64,000 bases of DNA from Eledone cirrhosa. Taxonomy: Eukaryota. Under the pieces are notes generated by a model, which saw only the letters and a program-made list of their open reading frames with translations, was not told the DNA's origin and did not search any database. Where the stretch lies: NCBI GenBank assembly GCA_964016885.1, contig OZ024740.1, positions 286,068,001-286,132,000 of the forward strand, in the 5' to 3' direction. Shown piece by piece: positions 1 through 13,300 of the stretch (positions are counted from its first letter, which is position 1; every line of letters begins with the position of its first letter). Position numbers and translations under genes: made by a program.

Positions 1-3000
1 AGTTTGTGTGACCAATTATAGCCAGTTTCAACAGAAAAGGGTAGAGAATTCTGACCGGTTTGAACATTAAAGAGTTAAACCAGATATATCTTTTCGGCAG
101 ATCTTCAATTTGATAAATGGGTTGTCTTTTTTAGTCTTTTATCAACTGACTCTTCAAATTATGTTTCTGCTGAAAAGTTTTGTTCCTTCTTTATTTACTC
201 CATGAATTTATTTAATTTCATGATGAATATGAAATAAACATTCTTGAGAGAAACATTTTAATTATCTTCATTATTGTTAGATTGCTAATCATTTATTCAT
301 GTTAACCCTTTTGTTAGCATATTTCAAATGAAATACACTGCTTATGATTTTTAAATAATTTTGAAAATAATCAAGAATTTTGAAATATTTAGTAATATCA
401 ACTTTTTAATTATTGAGCTGGTGTTTGGAGCATAACTTAACAAATGTTCTTATAAAATTATGATGGAAGGTTTTTAAATAATTATAATCACTTAATGAAC
501 AGTTTTGTACTGGAGAACCTGGAATAGTTTCAAACAATTTGGTATCAAAATGGTTAATGCAGTCATGTTTCCATGAATCTTGATTCTGGATCATGTTATA
601 TATGTGGCGTACCCTTCAATGGTTAGGTTTATCCTAATCCTGTGTATCCTTTAGTGGTAACAAAACAACATTGTGATTAATTTGCAATAATAAAAAAGGC
701 TAATTCAGCAAGAGGGGCATAACAAGATTTGAACTCAGAACTCAAGGAGCTGCAAGGCATTTCATCTAATGCTTTAGCTTTTGTCAATTTGCAACATTAA
801 GCATACTATTCTTTCTAGAACTAAATCTTAACAGTTTGTTCTTTGTTACAATGCCTGTCATTCAGTTGACACTTAACAATTAAGTTAGAAATCAAAACAG
901 TGTCATGTCAGCTGCAAAGAACTAAGATTTTGAGATGCAGTTACAATTCTCTCTCTTACTGAGGTGGAAGGAAACCTGACAAAATCAAGTTTAAGATCTC
1001 AGATTATTTTAATAAATGAATGTCAGAAATGGCCTCTTATGTACTGTACTGCAGCTTGCTATTTGGTATTATGTGTCATTGACTTCAATTACATATAATG
1101 AGGCTTTGTTTGTTTTGTGGCCTTGATAAAAAGTGAGACAAATGGAATGAAATAAGTTGATGTGGTTTACTAGCTCAAATGGCTAAGGTTCTGCTATGTT
1201 AACTCAAAGGTCATAAGTTGAAATTTTGCTTTTGATTTGCTCCCAGTGAAGCAAATCAGATTGAAATTTATTAAATTCAACATTTAGATATACAAATGTG
1301 ACTACTTTAAGTGCGCATCTATGTAGATTTGAAGAAGGAACTGAATTAACCCATCCACTGAAAACCAGAACATTTAGAAGTAAGGCAGTGAATTGGCAAA
1401 GTTTTTAAAGCATAGGATTAAATGCCTGGCAGTAATGTTCTCTAAACTGCTTGGGTTTGCAATTACTATATTGGTGCCATGCACACTGAAATGCTGCAAT
1501 CTAAACTGTTTGGGTAACCAGTTGCTGTACTAGTGTCATGCACATCAAAATGCTGCCACTCAGTAGCTTTTAAATGTTACTGTGCAGTAGCTTTGAATAT
1601 AGAATTTTTTTTATTATATTTATCTTTATATTAACTCTTTCATTATTATATTTTTAACAAAAATATACTGCCTTTCTATTTTAATTATCAGAATAATTAC
1701 TAATTATGTGAGGTTTTAATGAAATAAACATCTTTCAACTCAAATAATATAAGACAAATATTTTAACAACTGAAATTTTATATAATCTACCATACAATAA
1801 TGAGATTTCAGTCTAAGATTTGCATTTAAACACTTTAATAAAACTGGTTTTGGCAGAGTCAATGTTTAAAAGGTTAAGCAGGGATTTCAATATAGCTTAC
1901 TAATTACCTACCTGTTGTAATTCTAGTGTTTTCTTTCAGGTAAGAAAAATATTTCATTGAAGATTTGTATTTAAATTTGACATTTTAATAGATGCAGTCT
2001 TGGGTATGTTGGTGTTGAGAGGATTATAGAAGAAAGCAATTAATTATATCAGCGGCTCCAACAGTAACCATACTCCATCACACACAAACCACTCTCTCAC
2101 ACACCATGCTTTCTCCCCCCCCCCTCCAGATTCAAATATAGGGTTTATATACTTTTTTTTTTTTCATTACATGTCTTTGGGTCATGCCAGAATCTTATGT
2201 TTTCAAAATGTTCACATACCCTACATAGTTTTCAGTCAACTAATACAAAAATATCTTTGTGTGATAGATTAGTTTTACTTGAAACTCTTAAAATATTATT
2301 TTGAATAACATTTTTTGGATTCAGTAGATTCAGTAGTTGGTGTGTAATTGTTTATATCCATGACACATTTTCTTTTTCGTATATTACTTTCATGAATGAC
2401 TATAATGATACACTGTGTATGCTTGTATATCTATCTACCTATCTATTTATATGTATGTAAACTCCTCCCATTGTACTTGTCCCACTTTTTGATGCCCTGG
2501 TGGCAAATAAAAAGAAAATTATCTATTTATATGTGCGTATGTGTGTATGTATGTATGTGTATATATATATATCTGAAACTCTTTAAAATTTACTCACACA
2601 AACATATGCAAAAACTCAATGCATTTCCTATCTCAGTCAAGTTGCTACAATAAGAAGTTTGCTTTCTGATCAAAAGGTCCTGGGTTCTGACCCTACATTT
2701 GTCCCTGTAAATAGTTATTTCTCTAGAGTTATTTATACATGTCATTTGTACATATATGCTGAACATTTATGTGATCTTAGAAATAAATTACTAATATTTA
2801 AATCTTATCTTTAATCACTTCCACATGTCAGTAATTAGCATAAGTTGTCAGGTTTCTCTCATCATGCACCCCATTCATTTATCAAAATTTCCATATTTGT
2901 ATGATTGTTTATTTATACTCTAATCCTAATGTGTATGGCATACCAACCCTGGGCTTGAAAAAATGAAATATGTTCAATACCACTGCTATCATTATTGATG

Positions 3001-4839
3001 GTACAGGTCCACTAGTTTCATATAATTCAAAATGAAAAACTGTTTATGTATAACAACATTATAATGTTCTTTTTTTTATTAAATATCTTTTCCATTGATT
3101 AGTTTAGAAATGTTATGTTGAAGCGTATATATGTGATTGCATTATTGATCTCCTTTTTTACTGGTTCTTTTTAGATGATTATTTATTTTAATTATCTGCA
3201 TGACCTAGTAGTTAGGGTATTTTTCTCACTATCATAAGTTCATAGGATTGCTACTCAGTCCAAGCAGCATGTCATGGCCTTAAGCAAGGCACTTCATTTC
3301 ATGTTATTTCAGTTTACTCAACTAAAACCAAGTGTCAGTACCAGCAGCCGGATTTTAATCTTGCGAACGACTAAGAAAGGACTGCCTTGTGAAAAAGGTT
3401 TCTTGTACTGTTAGTTGCTTAATACCATATAATACCAGGATAAATTCTGATCTAATGTGTCTAGGCTGTAGAAAATTTTGTGATATGAAAAATCAAAGTA
3501 GAGCCACCAACTCTCAGAGATATAGACTCATTCTCCATCATAGATATACAATTTACTGATATAATAACTGTATTGATTTATTAATTATACATAACTCCTA
3601 CACAAGAAAGAACTGCCTTATCTAGAGATATACTTCCGGTTAGGTATGAACTAATAAACTAATAAATGGATGTTTAATTATGATAGCTATAATGTCTAAT
3701 TGGTGTTTCATATATTTTGAGATGTAACAATAATATAGTTGATTGAGTGTGGTTTATTTGCATTTCTGTTGAAGTTTCAATAGCTAAATGATTAGGGTTT
3801 TACTCAAAGAGCTAGCAGTTCATATGCAATCCACAGAGACCACAAAGCTATTTTAATATAGGTGGGTGGGGCTAAAAAAAGAAATGTGCACACACACATA
3901 CAATACACACACACACACACACACGTTACAGTACTGAAATAATGTTTACACTATACCTCACTATTATTTTTTATTATGCAGTTTTTGTATATTTATGTAT
4001 TAAAAAGTCCAAATTATAACAATTTGGAAATATTTTCAAGGGAATGCATAAATAACACCAATGACGATGTAGTAAATATAGAAAAACCGTGTTTCATTGT
4101 AAAATAATCACCCCAGATATGTTAGCACCTTATTTACGTAGAATTTGAAGTTGGTGAAAATAGGCAAAATATTGACCTCAAATATGAGCTGGCCCACATT
4201 TAACCATTGATTTTCTTTTTGTCACATAATTCTCAGCTTATATACAAGTATATATGGTAGTTGTCTTATTTTGATCATATTCATTTCAATAGATTTCATT
4301 ACATGATTGGTAGATTAGCAAAATCATTAAAACATTGGACAAAATGGTTTGCAGTATTTGTTTTGGCTCTTTATGTTCTGAGTTCAAATCCTGTTTTGAT
4401 CAGCTCTGCTTTTTTTCCCTCCAACGTTGCTGGTCTTGTGCCTTCATTATATGAGCAGTGGATTAGCAGGATCATTAGAATGTTGGAGAAAATGCTTTAT
4501 AGTGTTTGTTTTGGCTCTATCTATACAGGTCAACTTTGCTTTTCATCCTTCTGGAATCAATAAAATAAAGAACCAGTCATTTACCTGAATAGATTTGATC
4601 AATTAACCCTTCCCAATAAATTTTCGGTCTTGTACCTTTGTTAAAGATAAATATATATTGTACACTGACTAAACTAAAGTGATTTTTATATAATTTTCCA
4701 TTTCCTCATTTTTAACTTATTCCCTTGTCAGAATTGGTTCCTTTGGGAATATTTTCAGTGCCATTTGTTGATTTTATTATTTTACTGTCAATAAATGAGT
4801 ATTTTTTATATGCTTTCATATTTTTTCTTCCTATTCTAG

Positions 4840-4944
4840 CTGTATACAACCCGAGATATTGTCTACGAGAGTCTGAAGAAAGATCCAGACAAGAGGACAG
4901 AAGATGATATTGAGACACTGTTGGATTTTATGAGACACTTTTCT
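4840..4944 (+). CDS. RAPGEF2: RAPGEF2 exon ([35 protein letters not shown]), start of the cNMP-like region
   Basis: ttctag|CTG...TCT|gtaaat; 105 nt, phase 0-0; resembles [27 protein letters not shown] of vertebrate RAPGEF2. Confidence 0.9.
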
Positions 4945-7900
4945 GTAAATATTTTTCTTATTATTTTTACATACAAAAAAAAAAAAGATATAGATCTTTA
5001 TCAACATTACTTCTAACATTTTCCAATCACTGACCAGAACATTTAAGGCTTTGAAAAAAAAAATCCTAATTCAAAGTTACTGTGCAGAAATATCTCAATT
5101 ACTGAGCTGTAACATTTTGATGTGCATGCCACCAATACAGCAATTGCATAGCCAAAACCCACACAACTTAAAGATAGTATTAATTTTAAACCCTTTATTA
5201 CTGTATTTCCAATAATAATTTTCAAATAATACTGAAAATAATCAAGTATTTGTAGAGATATAGTAATATAACTAACTTAATCATTATTAAGTTAATGTTT
5301 GGAGTATAGCTTAATAGAGGTTCTTACATAAAAGCAATTTGGTTGGTTTTTAGATAAAACAGTCATATATGATAGAAACATGGGTGGTTTCAGGCAGTTT
5401 AGTATCAAAATGATTAAAGAATAAGAAAAATAGAAAGAAATTGAAGCAAAACACTTATAAATTATTTATGCTTTGTGAATTATACAAACAAGGAGTAAAA
5501 AAAGAAGAAAAAACTATCCTTTGTGTTTTTAGCAGCTGTAAAGCTAAAATGCCAAGCTAATGATTGAAAAACTGTTAATATCCTTGTTATTAATACACTG
5601 TCAGCATGTTGTTACCCTCAGGCAAAGAATAGATTCACTGCATGTCTTAATGTAGCTCTTTCATTTCACTGTTGAGAAAATAATCTATTATTAAAATTGT
5701 TATTCAAATAATTTATATGGAAATTTTCCAAATCTACAAAACTATTGAACTCCTACATTATTTTAACATCACAACCACTCTGCACTCTCTCTCTCTCTCT
5801 CTCTCTCTCTATTGGTATCAATATATAATATATTGGTACCAATATATAATAACTTGTGTGTTACACCTCTATTCTTTTAAATATATATATAAACAAACAA
5901 ACATCACTATTTTATGTCTATTTTTGCTGCCTGCATGGGTTAGGCAGATTGTCACATTCTGAGGCTAGATAAGTAACTTGAATGGACATGGTGCTTTCTT
6001 TCGTGACACCAGCAGTAATTATCATCATCATTTTACATCCATTTTCAATGCCTACATAGGCTGGACAGATGGTTACAGTCCAAATCAATTCATATTTTCA
6101 GTTACTGCTGTGCTAGGTAGTTCAGAATACTATGTTTTATTCATGCCATTCCTAACATCAACCACTTTACAGAATGTACTGGGTATATTTTATCTTGACA
6201 CCAGCATTACGGTAGCTGTCATGTCCTCAACAAGACTAAAGAGTCCTCTCTACTCTATGTTGTCTTTTCTTTACAGAATGTACTAGGTGTATTTTATTGT
6301 GGAACCAGTACTAGGGAATTTAGTTTTATGAAGAAAGCTTGTGTCAACATTTGCTCAAGGCAACATGACCTAGAGTCTGAATAGAAGAGAAAGCAATGAA
6401 AGGGGATGACCCTGTGGAGCACGCTCAACTCATTTAATCTTTGTAAATCCTCTGCATTGAATACTCGAATCACTCTACCATTCAACATAGCAGTTTACAT
6501 ACAGGCATTACTCAATCTGCCTTTCACTCAAACAGATATTCTTTGCTACCAGCAGAGATAGTAGCTTCCTGAACTTTTCTGTTCCATTGTAACTTTGGCT
6601 ATTCTGTTTTGGGGGCATCCACCATCACTACTCATTAGGTAACAAAAGTTATCAACTATTTCTAATAAGCCACCTGAACATTTGAGAGAACCTATTCACA
6701 TGTACTCTTATTACTTACTGTTCCTGTGTATCTGCTTCATACAAAGTGTGCCTTCCCTATTAGTTAGATTGTGATCCTACTACATCTTTTGTATGTCCAT
6801 AGTTTACTCTGAGTACACCAAATGGAATTCTTACCTACTCATTTTATGCACATCATGCAAAACCATTCTCTTATATATATATATATATATGTGTGTGTGT
6901 ATGTTTAATCATCACCCTCAATTTTACATCCGCTTTTCCATGTTGGCAATGGTTGGACTAGTGTACATGTGTGTATACTTATTCATGTAATAGATATGTA
7001 TATGTAATATATGCATATGGACGCAGCAGGTTGATCAGGGATAGTCATAGATGTTAAAAATATCTGGCAAAGTAAGATATGCAAAGTCAATCGGGTAATG
7101 CTGGGAGGTGTTATCCACAATGATGATTGCAACATCATCGTCATCAAGGGAAAATGAGATGCTCTAGAAAGGAGCAACTACAGAAGCATGAAATTGATAG
7201 ACCAGAAGCAACATATTAATAAGTTTGAACATGGCAGAAAGAGTTACATTGCAGCTAATTAGGGAGAGAATTAGTTTAGATAAGATGTAGTTTGGATTTG
7301 TGCCAGGACAGGAAACCAATGATACCCTCCTCTTACTGAGACAAATGCAAGAGAAGTTCTTAGCTAAGCACACAACTGTTTTATTATTCTACTTGTTAGT
7401 CAGGGAAAGAGAGGAAGGTATATTTAAATTAGAGACCACCCATGCACTATTTGAAATCAGAATGCAAAAGCTAGAACAAATATTGCAAGGCATTTTGTGC
7501 AGCACTTTAATAATTCCACCAATCCACTGCCCTAGCATTTATTGATCCAGAGAAGGCTTTTGATTAAGTACTATACTCTCTAGTTGGGTGGCTGCTAAGA
7601 AAATTATATGTAGATAAATGGCTTGTTGGGCTTTGTGCAAGCCATGCACACAGATGTTACCAGCGAGCTGAGTCAGCAACAAGTTCAATGAGGTATTTAG
7701 CATGCAGGGAGGTGTCAATCAGGTCTCAGTTATCAGCTCCCTTCCTTTCTGAACATGGGAGCAAAGCCTTGTCTCAAATGACCTAAAAGTAGATCTAGTG
7801 AAGACAAAACTTTTAATGAAAATAAAAAAAAAAAAGAATTTGATCACTGTTTGAGATGTTGCCTTGCTTTTTTTGCAGTAAAAGAGTATGTAGGAACTCT

Positions 7901-10284
7901 ATACTATGTACCTACTGTAAACTGGGTGTACAAGGGTCATAGGCACGCTGACAGAAAAGAAAGATTTTGTATGTAGTAGAAGTATTGAAGTAGAATGAGC
8001 AGGCAGGAAATTCTTTCAATTGATGAGAAAATTTGCTTGAAGTAGTTGACAGCTTCCTTTACATAGGTGATCTAATTAGCAGTTAAAGAGAGTAATGTGA
8101 AAGCATTGTAGCTAGAGTAAAGACGGTGGAAAAAGTTTGACTTTTTTTTTTTTACGGTAAAGAGCTTTTAAGAGTGAAAAGCAGATTGTATAATGTTTGT
8201 GTACAAAGTGCAATATTGTGTGGTAGTGAAACATGAGCATTGAATGCAGAGGATTTGCAAAGTTTGAAAATAAACAAGGGTAGCCTGCTTTGCTAGATTT
8301 GTAATGTTACTGTGCATGAACAATGGAGCATAAGTTAGCCAAAAGAGATTGTGCTTCATATGATGCATATGAAGCATGGTAGTGAAATCTCCTGAAAAAG
8401 AAAACATAAGAAGTGGTGAAGGCCGATCTCAGGATGATGAACCTCATGAAGGAGATAGGAAAGGACTTTAATAAATCATGGGATGCTTCACTGAAGAAGA
8501 TCCATCCAACCCATGCAAACATGAAAAAAGAATAAAAAATGTAAAACAAGGATGATAATTTTATTTATATATATGTCTGTGTATATTGAACAATGAAAAT
8601 AAAACAAAAGTCAAAGATAGGTTCTTAATTAGTTCATTATTTTATGATCATCTCAGAGGGTTGATTGATCATGCAATATATCAATCTACCATGATCAATC
8701 AACCCTCTGAACAATTGTAAAACAATGAACTAATTAAGAACCTATCTTCAACTTTTGTTTTATTTTCATTGCTCAACACACACACGCACATATATCTAAA
8801 TTACTCTGTGGCTTGAGTAGAATCTTCGAGGGAACCTTATGCGATGAGAGCCTACTATAAAAACTATAGCACTCACCACCTAATCTCATTGAAAACATCT
8901 CTTCAAGGCTGCATTGAGTTCTAATAATGTTATCGGCCCTACCATAAACAAGTGGATACCAGTATATATATATATTTATATATAGCTTTAGGAATCACTG
9001 AAGTTCATATGATTAGTGCTTACTTTGATTTACTGTAGCATTCATTGTATGAGGAAAATATACTTTAAATTGTTGATTATAGCTGTAGTGGTGAGTTGAT
9101 TTATTTTACAACATATTCAGATAATGTTAATTTTTAGTGTTGTATTCAAATGCCCCCTCCCCCCTCTCTCTCTACATTAACATTCATGCCCCTTCCATTT
9201 TCAAGAATACCAAGCAATGTTATATGAAACATTTGGCAAAATTACCTAAAACACATGGAAATTTTTTTTTTCTCTTAGTCTTATTTTCATTTTTTTCTTC
9301 TCTGATAATTGATAGTTGTAGTAAATCTGTTTGAAAATCAATGATTTGATTTGATCACTTTGACCCTAGATTGGCATTCACCCAGCTCATATATTGAATA
9401 TCCTCTATAAACTCCTCTTCCTGATTAACTACTTCTCAAAATTCAAATCCATTTAAACAATTTATCACAGGTTCTCTGCTTTGTAACCACCACTTTCTGA
9501 TGCTTTTTAACAATCGAGAAAAAAAAAGAAACATTTTTTTAATAATTAGCATATTTTATGAAATAGTGCCAATTTTCTTTTGGATAGTAAATACATTTTT
9601 GGTTCACTTACAATATACTAGAAGATAATTAGATAACAATTGAGAAGATTCCATCAATATGAGTTGTCTTACTTTAGACAAAGTACTTAACACTACCCAA
9701 TATTATACCTAATCAGAGATTATATTAAGTAAAGAATATGTGTGTGAGAGGCATATTTATTTTAAGGGTTTTGAAAATCTATACTTTTTATGTTTGTGTG
9801 CTGTTCTGTATAGGTTTTCTTGGGTGTTAAAAGATAATGGTAAATTGCCTCATTATTCTGCCAAGTAGATTTATTAGTACCTGATGCAGCTACTGAAATG
9901 TTTAATTTTGCTGCAGTTTCCTTTTTCTTTTTTTTTTTCTTTCTATCTAATGTCATAAATAATCTTGGAATCAACTACATCATGATCAAAAGGTTGCTGT
10001 TTTTGTTTAACTCTTAACACCTTTGTATCAGTTTAACAGAAAAATATCTAATAATGGGTTTGTTAATTCAAATGTTTATAGTATCTTTACCAGTGGAAAG
10101 ATCATTGTAAAAATGTGCAAAAGCTAATTTTCAATGTGATTCAGGTTCTTTCCTGATGATTTCAACCAAATGAAACCGTGCTAGTCCTGTAGAGGTCATT
10201 TTCATCTAAAATAAATTATATATATATGTCTGTGTGTGTGTAGCTTCACAACTATGATAAAATATGTATGTATGTGTGTGTGTT

Positions 10285-10318
<34 letters not shown>

Positions 10319-13300
10319 CACACCATTTTACTAGCTGATCCAACAGCTACAGCATGTCTTCAGTGATTTTAGTAACATACCCTATGTGCAATCAGTTGTT
10401 TACTTTGCCCTGATTGCAATGTATGATGTCAAACTAAATGAAATGACATGCACCCATCATTATGTACTTGATATTTTTTCCCTATCCTACTAACAATAAT
10501 CATACTGTCATGTTATAATAGTTAATTAAAGCTTCAACAGGTTGAATTTTAACTAATTGCTTAATGTTTTTCTTGGAGTCATTTTGTTGTACATGTACTG
10601 TTACAGTCAAGTAATCTACATGATCATCATCTACATCATAAACATTATGTATCGGTAATGTACTGGGGTTAATTTAATCAACTTTGGCCTCCTCCCAAAT
10701 TGTTGACCTTTTGCCAAAATCAGAAACCATTATTTAATTTTTTTAATACAATATTCTTTTTGTTTCCAGGCGTTTGCAAACATGACACTTGCCACACGGC
10801 GGGCTCTGTGTGCTGTCATGGTTTATGCACAAGTGAAGGAGGCTGGCACTCAAGTAATGAAGGATGGAGAAGTGCTCGACTCATGGTCTGTGATTCTCAA
10901 TGGAGAAGTGGAAATTACATTCTTAGATGGGAACAAAAAGATTTTAACAATGGGGAACAGGTAAGTCAAAATCCTACATTAGTTTAAATAAATACTTTTT
11001 ATAGTTTTACTGTGAAGGTATGTGGCACCTGATGGTGAGGGTGTTCGACTCATGATCACATAGTTCCAGGTACAATTCCTGGACTGAGTAATCTGTTGTG
11101 TTCTTGAACAAGAGACTTCATTTCGTATTGCTTTTCATGATAGGACTGGGCCTCTTTTTATCAAGACATGATAAACCTAATATAGGGTACCACTTCATAG
11201 GATATCAATTAAAAACTACATAAGTGTGTGCGATAAATTTAATTTTTATTTTTTATAAGTTGTGTGTATCCAGTTTAGAATAGATGCACAGTATGCCTGC
11301 ATGTTGTAAGATTTTCATGGGGCTTGAAAAATGGCCTTAGAATGTTTGCTTTCGCAGCTTTTTATTTTTCATAACGATGATGAAGTGTTGGCATATAACA
11401 TTAATTATTTTAATGAAAGACAGAATATTATAATAATTGTTTCTACTTTTGGCACAAGGCCAGCAATTACCCAGTGCATTACTGGTACTTTATTTTATCG
11501 ACCCCGTAAGGATGAAAAGCAAAGTTAACCTCAGCGGGATTTGAACTCAGAATGTAAAGGCTGTAACTCAATGCGTCAAAGCATGGCGTCCGACCCTCTA
11601 CCGATACTGCCAATCCACCACCCTAATTATTTTAATGAAAGACAGAATATTATAATAATATTGCTAAGATTGCTGTCTTGTCTAGACTTGGAAGTAAATA
11701 CAACACATAACAATGTGGTATGGATCTAAAAAAATAATACTGGCTTATTTTTTTAATGAAGTTAGAACATTTATTGAATTTAGAATATTTGATTGCAATG
11801 GTAGGTTCAACTCTATTAAAAAGTGACATCCCCTACACACATTTCTCCACTTTTGCTTACACTCTCTTATCTTCAATCACACAAACACTTTCCTCCCAAA
11901 CACATACACACAAAATCAAAACTCTCATCCTTGTACATACATTATCACTTACCATTCTCTTATGTTTTACTTCTTACATGTCATTATGCCTCTCTCTATC
12001 TCTCTCTCTCTCAGTCGACACCATTCCAAGTAGTTTCTGTCTACCTAGTTTCACTTGGGTCAATTCTAAACTATGGTAAATGACATTTACCCAAGTTACC
12101 ACACAGTGGGACTGTATGAGGTACACTCAAGAGGTTTTGAGACTTATATCAGAGAGACATTTATTTAACTCAGATCAACTTGCACTTGTTGTAGTGCTCC
12201 AGCCTCTTCTGGATGACCCCTTGTAGTCCTCCAAAATGGTGTCTAGAGTGCTCCTGCACATCCTTGCACTTGTTGTAGTGCTCCAGCCTCTTCTGGATGA
12301 CCCCCTTGTAGTCCTCCAAAATGGTGTCTAGAGTGCTCCTGCACATCCTCAAAGTGGATACCCCTCAGCTTCTCCTTTAGCTTTGGGAACATGCAGAATT
12401 TGCATGGGGCTATGTCTGAACTGTAGGCAGGATGAATAACAACCTTGATCCCCATATCAGCCAAGTAGATGGTCTCCAGGATGGTTTTGTGACAGGGGGC
12501 ATTGTCCTGGTGCAGGTGCCACTCACCAGACTTGAAGAATTTTAATCTCTTGTGATGAAATCTCTTTCAAAACTGCTTCAAAACCACTACATAGCACTCT
12601 TTGTTGACTGGCCATGGGGGACCCAATGGATATAGATGATGCCCTTGCTGTTGAAGAATGGGATCATCATGAGCTTCCCAGTGGAACTGCTTTGCTTGGC
12701 TGTCTTGGGGAATCAGAATGTTTCTACTGGGCACTCTTACTCTTAGTCTCTGGATCATAACAGTAGACCCAGCTCTCATCACAGGTTACCAGAGACTCAA
12801 GGACTCCTGGATTGAAGTAATCCACTCAACCATCCCCCTGCTGTCATTAATGCACTTCTGCTTTTGATCTTCATTAAGCACCCAGAGAACAAACTTTGCG
12901 CATGATCAGATTGTCATGAATCACTTTGTGCAGTGCCCTCAGTCACTTCAAATTGTTTAGCAATCGCCAAAGGAGATGCATGATGGTCGTTGTCTAGAAA
13001 TTTGCGAATTTTGTCAACGAATTTTGTCAACCCACTCCTTGCCATATCTCTCGTAATCCCTCAGGACGATTCAGTATCATACTATGTGCATGGCAAAGCT
13101 AACTCTTTGAATTACAGATACAGTCCATCTGACAATCTTCCAAGTAATTTCTTTTACCACAATATCATTCACAAAGCTTGGGTAAAAGACACTTGCCCAA
13201 GATGCCAAACAGTGGAACCTTATCTGTGACCCCATTGTTGTGAAGTGAACGTCTTCACCATTCAGCATGCTGTATCTACTAAACAGATATGTATCCTGAG

